Shown here: positions 26,727 to 35,637 of the stretch, piece by piece
Numbering within the stretch: position 1 is the first letter of the stretch
Layout of the letters: every line of letters begins with the position of its first letter
NCBI GenBank assembly: GCA_903860135.1
Contig: CAIOPG010000017.1
Location: 203,364 to 267,363, forward strand
Source of the DNA: Candidatus Omnitrophota bacterium
Lineage (GTDB): Bacteria > Omnitrophota > Gorgyraeia > Zapsychrales > Fredricksoniimonadaceae
Length of the DNA stretch: 64,000 nucleotides
Reading direction: 5' to 3'
Program-made: the position numbers and the translations under genes
The notes under the pieces: model-generated
Database searches by the model: none
What the model was told of the DNA's origin: nothing
The model's input: only the letters and a program-made list of their open reading frames with translations

Positions 26727-29700
26727 TCAAGAGACAAGCTCAACACCATCACCCGACATAATGGCATGCCCGGCCTGCGGGAACCCGCCAACAGGCGTAC
26801 CAAAGATCGGGCCAAGGGTATTGGGCACATGCGGCAAATCCCTAAAGTTAAAGCCAGTGATCCCAGGGATCATCTCATGCACGATCGCTTCATGCGTCGG
26901 TTCATCCACAAGTCCAGACGACGGTGCCGGTGCTGGTGTTGGTGTTGGTGTTGGTGTTGGTGTTTCGGAAGGGAATAGCCAGTTGAGGTTATTACCGGAA
27001 TCCATACAGTCCGTCGTGCAATCCAGCTCCAGTCCGGATGCCTTTGAATCCTTGACGTCAAGGTAAGACAATGTTGACGTGCCCGTGAGCTTCAATAAAG
27101 CGCGTGTTCCAGGGACAGAAGCGCGGATATTCAGAGGATCTGTGGCACTGCCACCCTCCAGATCAAGTTCACCACCCACGACCTGTTCACTGCCCGATTC
27201 AAAGGTCAGCGTATGCCCGCCGTCCGCAAACTTCTTGAGATTATGGAACGTCGTAGTGCCATGGATCGCCTGGTCCGTACCATTGAAATTCACGGTCGAT
27301 GTCCCGGCATGGAATACCCCGTCATTCGTCCAATCCCCTCCAACCTCAACATCACCCGCCGTGGCTGTCACAGCCGCACCGAAGCCTATATCAACATTAC
27401 CGGCAAGGCTCCATGTCCCGGCATCATCGGCAGCATCATTGATCGACCCGGCTGTCACCGTCAATCCGCCCACGGTTAACGCATGATTACCGAAACTCAC
27501 ATCACCGGTGCCCTGCTTCGTGAAAAGACCTGTGATACTGATATCCGCATTGAAATTAACCACACTGTCTGTGTCGTTCACAATAGTGAAATCCGTCAGC
27601 CTGCTCACGCTACCTGAGCCGACCACACCTAGACCCACCGTGCCTGTCCCCGTATTCAGCGTTAACAACTCGGCCACCCCGCCCAGCGTGCCATCAATAG
27701 TGCCGGTCACCGTAATATTCTGGTCATTCGTGGCGACCACCGGAGCATGCCCTTCGGCTATCGTCAGTGCCCCGTCAATATTCAGATTGCCACCACCGGC
27801 AGACAGATCGATCGCATTATTGTCAAACGTCACATTATTAAAATGCTGGCCATTGGTTGCAATCGCCTGGGTGCCTGTACCATTAAACACAACACGACCG
27901 GTCCCGGAGTTGAACAGCCCTGCCGTCAACGCAAGATCAAGGCCGACGGCAAGCGTGTAACTGTTTTGATTGAACGTCCCGTCAGCCTGGATATAACTGC
28001 CACTAATAGAAAGATCCGCATTCTGGCTAACAACACCCGTATACCCGGGATCGATGTTCAACCGGGCAATGGTACTCGCAAAACCCGCATCGATCGTGGC
28101 ATTGTTGATGCTGGTGCCGTTGAAAAGAACATTGGTTGATGACGTCGGTACACCATGGTTCCAGTTGCCGGCCACAGACCATGCATCACTCAAAGCTCCA
28201 GTCCAGATATCTGTCAGGTCATTCACCCCGAATGTCGGATAGGAAACCCCTGATACCCAGATAAAATCAAAATCCCAGGGATTTGTCCCGTTATAGACCG
28301 TATGTGTCGAATCAAAGAAATCGCTCGCAGCCGTCGCTTTCTCCCATTGCCCATCACTGGTGGCTGAACCGCTGGCTCCAACACCATTATCAAGGGCGTT
28401 GTACCACCAGTTGTTTGTCAACGTATCGGTGCTAACAACATACCCCACAAGCCCACCAACTTCCGTTTCACCGCTGACACTACCCGTGGCGTAGCTGCTA
28501 TCAATGCTGGATAAATCAGAATTAAAACCAACAAGGCCACCGACATAACTGGCGCCACTCACATCGCCCGTGGCGTAGCTGTTATGAATGCTCGATGAAT
28601 CAGAACTATAACCCACCAACCCCCCAACATCCGAAATATTATTATCCCCGACATTCACATTGCCCGTGGCGTAACTGTTATCCATACTTGAATTATAAAA
28701 AGAACCTACCAGTCCGCCAACGTCCCAAATGCCTTCTCCCGTTACATCCACGTTGGCGTAGGCATTGCGAATAATTGTGTTATGACCCGAACCCACCAGC
28801 GCGCCGACGCTATTACCGCCTATGACCGACCCACTGATAATCTCGATATCATGGATATTAGTGCCCGTGGCATAGCCAAAGAACCCGATGTTGTCGTTAT
28901 TCGGCATGTTAATGTTCAGATGGCTGACAGTTTTGGAATTGCCATCCAGTTCATTGACACCAAGATACGGGATATACAACCCGGAAGAACCGGCCAGATC
29001 CAGGTTCGCAGTAAGTTTGAACTTATCGGTGCTGTGATCGAACTCTGCAAAACCTAAGAAATCCTTGAGGTCAGCAACGCTGGTGATTTCATAGAAACCG
29101 GCAACCAAATTCAAATAATCAGTGATCGCCAGCGATTTGCCATGGCCCAACCAGTCCTGAAACTGCCCGTCATAAATCCCGCCGACCGTTATGGCAGGAA
29201 CACCGTTGATAAGCACACTGTCAATGTTATAGAATGAATTGCTAATAGTGCCGCCACCACCGTTATAACCAACCATCCCCCCAACCGCCAGAATGGTATC
29301 CCCGCTGTTCACATTGCCCGTGGCATAACTATTTTCAATAATGCCATAATAATTATTTTTTCCAACAAGCCCTCCAACATTTTCACTGCCGAGCCCAACG
29401 GTCACACTGCCAGTGGCATAACTGTTAGAAATGACGCCACTATACACATTGCAACCAACCAATCCCCCGACATCCCAACTGTCATCCCCGCCGATCACAT
29501 CACCCGTGGCGTAGCTGTTATCAATACTGGATGAATCAGAATTATAACCAACAAGACCGCCGACCCACCTCACACCGGTCAGATTAACCGTGGTATGGCT
29601 GTTGGAAATGGTGCTGCTATAGTCATTACGACCAACCAAACCACCACTCATATCGCCAGCCACATCACCCGTGGTGTAGCTGTTATCAATGCTCGATGAA

Positions 29701-31361
29701 TACGCATTATACCCAACAAGGCCGCCGACATCCGAGGCTCCTGTGACATTGTTATTCACAAGTCCGACATTTTTAATAGTCGCGCCGGATACATAACCAA
29801 ACAACCCGACACAATTCGTTGAAGGACGATTGATGAAAAGACCCGAAATGGTATAGTTATCGCCATTAAAAGAGCCAGTAAAGGGCGTAACATCATCGCC
29901 GATAGGCGCGAATCCAGCACCTGCATTCCAGGTTGAGGTATCAGCAGCATTAATATTGTTCGCCTGTTTATAAACATTGCCTAGGCCTTGGGTCGGGATA
30001 TACTGCAAACCACCCACGACGTTAGACACAGAATAGATCATGTACGGATCGCCTGCCGTGCCCGATCCTTGTGACCTTGAAAAGCGCGCATGGTAATTGG
30101 TCTTGAGTGTTGCCACACTGAAAGCAGCTCCTGTGGAGGTGAACGTCCTGTCGTCCGTGGTCGATGCGTTGAGCGTCAGGAGATCGACACCCGTGATCGA
30201 ACCGTTAAGCGTGTCATTCACGCCCGTATACATCTCAAGGTCAAACCCGTTGCCAGTCAACGCAAACCCGTTCATGATGACCGAACCGGCCGTCCCGCTG
30301 CCGCCCGAATCCGCCTGGAACGTCGCGCTGCCGATCAAATTGACAACCCCTGTAAAATGAATATTGCCTGCATCCGATTGAATCCCGCCGACATCCCCGG
30401 AAATATTGATAGCCCCGTCCAAGTTGCTGTAATACCCATGCCCCACATCAAGGACGCCTGAAGAATAAAACGTATAGCCGCTCTCGTTCAGCTGGCTTGC
30501 CTGAATCGTGCCGCTGTTCTCAATACCGCCATCGGCAACAAGCTCCACCAAGCCTCCGTGTTCACGCACGCTGTTGGCCTCGATGATCCCTTCATTATTC
30601 ACAACACTTGCCAACGTTGTCTTCAACAGCGCCGCCGTTATCTGCACCTTGCCACCCGCCGCGCTGATATCACCCTTGTTCGTGATCTGCGCATCCGCCA
30701 GCTGCTGCGACACCCCCTTATTCACAACAAGGTTCACCAGCCCGCTTGGGTCAAAGCTCACCGCGATCTTCTCGCCCGACCCCATGGCCACACTGCCCAG
30801 ATACGCCGTGATCGTCCCGTTATTGATGATCTTGTCCGCCATAAAGATCAAATACCCGCCATCCTTGACCTTGATATTCGCATCATTGAGGACCTGTGCC
30901 GTAGCTGAGCCGCTGACCTTCTCGAAGGCCAGTTGACCGGTCAGGAACTGTTCGTTCTGGATATTGAGCGTTGAAGCAATAAGAGAAGCGACATTGATAC
31001 TGGCCGAGGCACCAATATAGACGCCATTGGTGTTGATCAACACCACTTTACCCGTAGCCAGAAAAGTGCCCAGCCAATTGGTTGTCGAGTCGGTAATGTC
31101 CCTGAAAAGAACATCGCTGGTACCAAGCACGCGCACCGTCTCACCAGCCCCGATACTGGTATCGCCGTGCAGGATCGCGCGGTCTTTAAGTGTGATGGTG
31201 GTGATGTCGCCGGATTTTAAGACGGAAGCATCCCCATCGGTCACGTCGACATTGAAAGCAAAGGCGGGGTGACATACAGACAAGAAAATGAAACAAACAG
31301 CCGTATACGCGGCCAGGAATTGCTTGATAGGAAAAGTAAATTCTTTTCTCGTTATGCACAT
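26727..31361 (-). CDS. large TpsA-type exoprotein: N-terminal TPS (haemagglutination activity) domain, ~20 GLUG-like repeats (GGLVGxN), beta-helical repeats, (TP)n linker and ~65-aa C-terminal domain
   Basis: Extended signal peptide, LINTNGVYIG TPS motif, recurring VGGLVGYN..SSI.NSYATG units, C-terminal TPTPTPTPTPAPAP. Confidence 0.75.
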   Translation of the reverse strand: MCITRKEFTFPIKQFLAAYTAVCFIFLSVCHPAFAFNVDVTDGDASVLKSGDITTITLKDRAILHGDTSIGAGETVRVLGTSDVLFRDITDSTTNWLGTFLATGKVVLINTNGVYIGASASINVASLIASTLNIQNEQFLTGQLAFEKVSGSATAQVLNDANIKVKDGGYLIFMADKIINNGTITAYLGSVAMGSGEKIAVSFDPSGLVNLVVNKGVSQQLADAQITNKGDISAAGGKVQITAALLKTTLASVVNNEGIIEANSVREHGGLVELVADGGIENSGTIQASQLNESGYTFYSSGVLDVGHGYYSNLDGAINISGDVGGIQSDAGNIHFTGVVNLIGSATFQADSGGSGTAGSVIMNGFALTGNGFDLEMYTGVNDTLNGSITGVDLLTLNASTTDDRTFTSTGAAFSVATLKTNYHARFSRSQGSGTAGDPYMIYSVSNVVGGLQYIPTQGLGNVYKQANNINAADTSTWNAGAGFAPIGDDVTPFTGSFNGDNYTISGLFINRPSTNCVGLFGYVSGATIKNVGLVNNNVTGASDVGGLVGYNAYSSSIDNSYTTGDVAGDMSGGLVGRNDYSSTISNSHTTVNLTGVRWVGGLVGYNSDSSSIDNSYATGDVIGGDDSWDVGGLVGCNVYSGVISNSYATGSVTVGLGSENVGGLVGKNNYYGIIENSYATGNVNSGDTILAVGGMVGYNGGGGTISNSFYNIDSVLINGVPAITVGGIYDGQFQDWLGHGKSLAITDYLNLVAGFYEITSVADLKDFLGFAEFDHSTDKFKLTANLDLAGSSGLYIPYLGVNELDGNSKTVSHLNINMPNNDNIGFFGYATGTNIHDIEIISGSVIGGNSVGALVGSGHNTIIRNAYANVDVTGEGIWDVGGLVGSFYNSSMDNSYATGNVNVGDNNISDVGGLVGYSSDSSSIHNSYATGDVSGASYVGGLVGFNSDLSSIDSSYATGSVSGETEVGGLVGYVVSTDTLTNNWWYNALDNGVGASGSATSDGQWEKATAASDFFDSTHTVYNGTNPWDFDFIWVSGVSYPTFGVNDLTDIWTGALSDAWSVAGNWNHGVPTSSTNVLFNGTSINNATIDAGFASTIARLNIDPGYTGVVSQNADLSISGSYIQADGTFNQNSYTLAVGLDLALTAGLFNSGTGRVVFNGTGTQAIATNGQHFNNVTFDNNAIDLSAGGGNLNIDGALTIAEGHAPVVATNDQNITVTGTIDGTLGGVAELLTLNTGTGTVGLGVVGSGSVSRLTDFTIVNDTDSVVNFNADISITGLFTKQGTGDVSFGNHALTVGGLTVTAGSINDAADDAGTWSLAGNVDIGFGAAVTATAGDVEVGGDWTNDGVFHAGTSTVNFNGTDQAIHGTTTFHNLKKFADGGHTLTFESGSEQVVGGELDLEGGSATDPLNIRASVPGTRALLKLTGTSTLSYLDVKDSKASGLELDCTTDCMDSGNNLNWLFPSETPTPTPTPTPAPAPSSGLVDEPTHEAIVHEMIPGITGFNFRDLPHVPNTLGPIFGTPVGGFPQAGHAIMSGDGVELVS
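26922..26963. repeat. hexanucleotide tandem repeat (ggtgYY x7) encoding the (TP/AP)n linker of TpsA
   Basis: ggtgcc ggtgct ggtgtt x5 read directly. Confidence 0.8.
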
Positions 31362-31449
31362 ATTATATATATAACATATTAATTTAAAACGATGTTGTCT
31401 AAACTGGAAATAATGGAAAAGACCACCGGAACCGAGACAGGAAAGGATT

Positions 31450-32568
31450 TTATTTCTTTAAGAATGATTCAATAAAACACGGGGCATAACGCACCATGCG
31501 GTAGATCCACTGGCGACGGCCAAAACTCTCCGGATGCATGGAGTTGGCAACATCCTGACGTTGTGGGTGATAATATTCCCAAACAATCTCTCCCGCTGAT
31601 GTGATCTCAAAAGATCGCCCGCGCTCACTCTCGGTTACCAGCGTATTCCCGTTGGGGAAACGCTGAACATAACCTTGCGATAAGGTAAAGAAACCATCCG
31701 CCCGATATTCCCACGTGATCCGCATCGCCCGCGGGTCAAGTTCAATGACCCGTGACCAGCCGCGATAACGGCCATTCTCAAACACAAGGATCCGCCCGCT
31801 GGGCAGCATTGTGGGAGCATGCTGGCCTTGTAGTCCGTCGGGAATATCATCGGCAATGCATTTCCAAACAACCTTCTTCGTCACCTGATCCATGATAAAG
31901 ATCATACTGCCATGACGAAAACTGACCAGCCAGTTCCCTTCCCGAAAACGGGGATCGTGCGTGCCCAAAGCGTTCCTAGGCAGCAATTGAAAAGAGTTCA
32001 ATCGATAATAATCATAATTACCACCCCAGGGTGTTGCTCCCTTACGTTTGGCGGCTTCAGGCCAAAGAAATATCCTAGGACGATCCAACTCCAGCGGATA
32101 ATGCAATGACTGGAGATATTTCAAGTTCTCCCATGTCGACCAGCGCGCTATCTGCCGCCCCTGCAGATCAAACTCCACCACAGCACAAAAATCAACCTTC
32201 CGGCCTTTGTACACATGCATTTCTTTGGTCAGCGTGATGATCGTGCCGCGGGACGTATACACAATGTCGTGATGGATAGGGAAATCCTGTTCCCAGATCA
32301 CCTGGTCGTCAAACGTATACATCCCCCATTTGCACGACTCATAATAGGCTTGGGCTACGTATCGGCCATCGGGCAATAGAAGCCCCAGATAACGCGATCT
32401 CCACTGCTTCCAGCTATTGCCCTGAAGGTCGATCAGCTGGCCATCAAAAAGATTATAACCCGGTGAAATTTGTTGCGGCATACGCGCATGGGCACCCGAA
32501 AGCGTCGCGTCAAAACGCGGCTCTTCGAGTTCACGGAGCTTCAACTTTACAAGATCGGAAAATGCCAT
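31450..32568 (-). CDS. arylsulfotransferase (ASST)-like beta-propeller protein, no signal peptide (tentative family assignment)
   Basis: NYDYYRLNS, NGNTLVTES, repeated W/hydrophobic blades; paralog of next gene. Confidence 0.4.
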   Translation of the reverse strand: MAFSDLVKLKLRELEEPRFDATLSGAHARMPQQISPGYNLFDGQLIDLQGNSWKQWRSRYLGLLLPDGRYVAQAYYESCKWGMYTFDDQVIWEQDFPIHHDIVYTSRGTIITLTKEMHVYKGRKVDFCAVVEFDLQGRQIARWSTWENLKYLQSLHYPLELDRPRIFLWPEAAKRKGATPWGGNYDYYRLNSFQLLPRNALGTHDPRFREGNWLVSFRHGSMIFIMDQVTKKVVWKCIADDIPDGLQGQHAPTMLPSGRILVFENGRYRGWSRVIELDPRAMRITWEYRADGFFTLSQGYVQRFPNGNTLVTESERGRSFEITSAGEIVWEYYHPQRQDVANSMHPESFGRRQWIYRMVRYAPCFIESFLKK

Positions 32569-32569
32569 T

Positions 32570-34015
32570 TTAAGGTTTCAGCAAAGGATCGATCATGTTT
32601 GGGGGGTAACGGGTCATGCGGTATATCTCCTGCCGCTGGCCCCATTTCTTTTTATCTGTAGAATTCTTTTCATTCTGCTTGTCAGGATTGTAGAACTCCC
32701 AAACGATCCTGTTGTCCGGCGTTAATTCGAACACACGCCCTTCTTCTGCTTCCGTAACGAGCATATTTTGGTTGGAAAGTTTTTGAACAAACCCCTGGGA
32801 CAAAGAATAGAAATGCTCGCTGCGGTATTCCCAGACGACTTTAAGTGTCATGGGGTTCAATTCAAGCAAACGCGACCATTTACGATAACGGCCGTTATCA
32901 AGTAGAAGGATGTTCCCATTGGGGATCATCGATGGCGCATGCGGACCTTCCAGCCGATCCTTGACCTGATCATCAATGGCGCGCCAAAGGATTTTATGGC
33001 TATCCTTATCAAGAATAAATACCATGCTTCCATGCCGCAAACTGATAAGCCAGTTGCCCGGTGTAAAAGCCGGGTGACGGCCCTGTAACGGCGTGGGCGG
33101 CACAATAGACAAAGAATTAAGATGATAGTAATCATAATGACCGCCAAAAACGCTCTTAACCATTCGATGGTTCTGCGGCATGGGGATATTGGCGGGCATA
33201 TCGAGTTCAAGTTTCTTGTGGTACTTCTGGAATTCCTGAAGATGATCCCAGAAAGAATACCGCTGCAATTCATTGCCGTCTTTGTCATACTCGAGGATCA
33301 CATCGAACTCAACATCACGGCCATTATATCTGTGCACTTCCTTCGTGAATGTCATCACCGTGCCCTGCGGGGTCAATAACAACTCGTGATGGATGGGGAA
33401 ATGCTTTTCCCAGACGACTTTACCATCCCACGTATAACGGCCCCAGAGAGGCGCCTCAAAATATTTCTCGGCATAATAATCGCCATTCTTATCAATAACA
33501 CCCAAATAAATGCTCGGCCATTGCTTGACCACGCGCCCTTGGTTATCCATGAGTTTACCTTCATAAAGGTTATAACCAGGACTGACACGGGAGGTATCCA
33601 CGCTGTGCACCCCCGAGCGTGCGCGATCGAATTTTACAATAGACGGCATATGCAGAGCCTTGAAAATAAAGAAGCCGAACATACCCGAGACAATAAGAAT
33701 GCCCGCGAGAAAAAACACCCGGTGTCGGCACCATAAAAAACTAACACCTTTAATGATAATGCTGCGGAAGAAATGAATAACAACAGCAGAAGCAAAAGCA
33801 AAGAAAGCAATTATCCCGGTCAGTATCGAACTGATAAGATAACCGCCGCTGCCGGGGTCAATGTAAGCACCGGCATCTGCGGGGTACAATGAAAAGCAGA
33901 CCACCCATAGGATAAGATTTAAAATCATACTGCCTTGATCCCCGTGTTTACTATAAAAACGTCTGAACGATAAGCATAAACACTCAAAAACCAAAGGGTT
34001 GTACCCATCGCTCAA
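32570..34015 (-). CDS. membrane-anchored paralog of ASST-like beta-propeller protein (N-terminal 3 TM helices; start probably at MILNLILW ~33928)
   Basis: ~40% identity by eye to 31450-32568 product (SPGYNLYEG, HYDYYHLNS, NQNMLVTEAE); N-terminal hydrophobic helices. Confidence 0.4.
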   Translation of the reverse strand: MSDGYNPLVFECLCLSFRRFYSKHGDQGSMILNLILWVVCFSLYPADAGAYIDPGSGGYLISSILTGIIAFFAFASAVVIHFFRSIIIKGVSFLWCRHRVFFLAGILIVSGMFGFFIFKALHMPSIVKFDRARSGVHSVDTSRVSPGYNLYEGKLMDNQGRVVKQWPSIYLGVIDKNGDYYAEKYFEAPLWGRYTWDGKVVWEKHFPIHHELLLTPQGTVMTFTKEVHRYNGRDVEFDVILEYDKDGNELQRYSFWDHLQEFQKYHKKLELDMPANIPMPQNHRMVKSVFGGHYDYYHLNSLSIVPPTPLQGRHPAFTPGNWLISLRHGSMVFILDKDSHKILWRAIDDQVKDRLEGPHAPSMIPNGNILLLDNGRYRKWSRLLELNPMTLKVVWEYRSEHFYSLSQGFVQKLSNQNMLVTEAEEGRVFELTPDNRIVWEFYNPDKQNEKNSTDKKKWGQRQEIYRMTRYPPNMIDPLLKP

Positions 34016-35637
34016 CCCTTGGCTTTGGCAAATTCCTCCCGCAGGGTTTTGACGCGCGCATCGGACAGGTAATCATCAAAGGTCGTGCCTGTGCGGTCGA
34101 TCATGCCGGCCGGGGTGATCTCGATGATACGATTGGCCACGGTCTGCACGAGTTCATGGTCATGCGAGGAAAACAGGATCGTGCCCTTATAACGCTTGAG
34201 GCCTTCATTGAGCGCGGTGATCGATTCAAGGTCCAGGTGATTGGTCGGCTCATCGAGGATAACAACGTTGGGCTTCATCAGCATCATGCGCGACAGCATG
34301 CAGCGCACCTTCTCCCCGCCGGAAAGGACTTTGGATGACTTTTGCGACTCTTCGCCCGTAAAAAGCATCTTGCCCAGAAAACCGCGTATAAAGATCTCGG
34401 ACTTCTCCTCGGAATACTGCCGCAGCCAGTCGACAATACTCAGGTCGGATTTAAAATACTCGGCATTGTCCTTGGGAAAATACGCGCGCCGCGTGGAAAA
34501 GCCCCATTTGAAAGCCCCCTGGTCTACCGGAAGTTCACTCATAAGCACCTGGAAAAGGGTTGTCCTGATCAGGTCATTGGTGCCGACGAAAGCCACCTTG
34601 TCGCCTTTCTGGATCGTGAAGGATATCTTGCGGAACATCGCCTGACCATCCACAGACCTGGAAAGATCGATAACATCAAGAAGATCATTGCCCGCTTCGC
34701 GTTCCTGCTCAAAATGAACATACGGATATTTACGCGACGACGGCTCAATGTCTTCAATGACAAGTTTCTCGAGGATCTTCTTGCGGCTGGTTGCCTGACG
34801 CGACTTGGACAGATTGGAACTGAACCGCGCGATGAAATCCTGCAATTCCTTGCGGCGATCCTCGACCTTCTTGTTCTCCTCACTGCGCTGTTTGGCGGCG
34901 AGGCGGCTTGATTCCGACCAGAACGTATAATTGCCGGAATATATCTTTACCTTCCCGAAATCAATATCGGCGATATGCGTGCACACATTATCGAGAAAAT
35001 GGCGGTCATGGGAAACCACAATCGCCGTATTCTCAAACCGGGACAGAAAGTCCTCCAGCCACATGCAGGTCTCGACATCAAGATGGTTCGTCGGCTCGTC
35101 GAGCAGCAGGATGTCGGGGTTACCGAAAAGTGCTTGCGCCAACAGCACGCGCACCTTGTCGCCGCCTTCGAGCTGTTTCATCTGCCGGGTGTGCGCGGAG
35201 GTGGGGATACCCAGTTCTGCCAGAAGTTTACCGGCATCGGATTCTGCGTTCCAGCCGTCCATTTCCACAAACTCGGCTTCAAGCTCGGAAACGCGCATGC
35301 CATCTGCATCGGAGAAATCCGCCTTGGCATAAATGGCGTCTTTTTCGAGCATGACATCAAAGAGCCGTTTGTGCCCCATAATGACCGTCGTTAAGACCGG
35401 ATACTCGTCAAAGGCAAAATGATCCTGCCGCAATACCGACATGCGTTTGCCCGAATCAATGGCCACCGTGCCTTCGGTCGAGTCGATCTCGCCGGAAAGG
35501 ATCTTGAGGAACGTTGATTTCCCGGACCCGTTGGCGCCGATAAGGCCGTAACAGTTGCCCTGGGAAAAAACGATATTAACACCGGAAAAAAGTTTCCGCT
35601 GGCCATACTGAAGCGTGACATTATTAACTGTGATCAT
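34012..35637 (-). CDS. ABC-F family ATPase (two tandem ABC domains, no TMD; YbiT/Uup-like)
   Basis: Two Walker A (GANGSGKST / GTNDLIRTT-region), two LSGGE signatures, 541 aa. Confidence 0.8.
   Translation of the reverse strand: MITVNNVTLQYGQRKLFSGVNIVFSQGNCYGLIGANGSGKSTFLKILSGEIDSTEGTVAIDSGKRMSVLRQDHFAFDEYPVLTTVIMGHKRLFDVMLEKDAIYAKADFSDADGMRVSELEAEFVEMDGWNAESDAGKLLAELGIPTSAHTRQMKQLEGGDKVRVLLAQALFGNPDILLLDEPTNHLDVETCMWLEDFLSRFENTAIVVSHDRHFLDNVCTHIADIDFGKVKIYSGNYTFWSESSRLAAKQRSEENKKVEDRRKELQDFIARFSSNLSKSRQATSRKKILEKLVIEDIEPSSRKYPYVHFEQEREAGNDLLDVIDLSRSVDGQAMFRKISFTIQKGDKVAFVGTNDLIRTTLFQVLMSELPVDQGAFKWGFSTRRAYFPKDNAEYFKSDLSIVDWLRQYSEEKSEIFIRGFLGKMLFTGEESQKSSKVLSGGEKVRCMLSRMMLMKPNVVILDEPTNHLDLESITALNEGLKRYKGTILFSSHDHELVQTVANRIIEITPAGMIDRTGTTFDDYLSDARVKTLREEFAKAKG

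Noticed and set aside
26922-26963. Regularly spaced short repeats that could be mistaken for a CRISPR-like array
   Set aside because: It is a 6-nt coding microsatellite with no spacers, inside the TpsA reading frame encoding (TP)n. No CRISPR array exists anywhere in the window.
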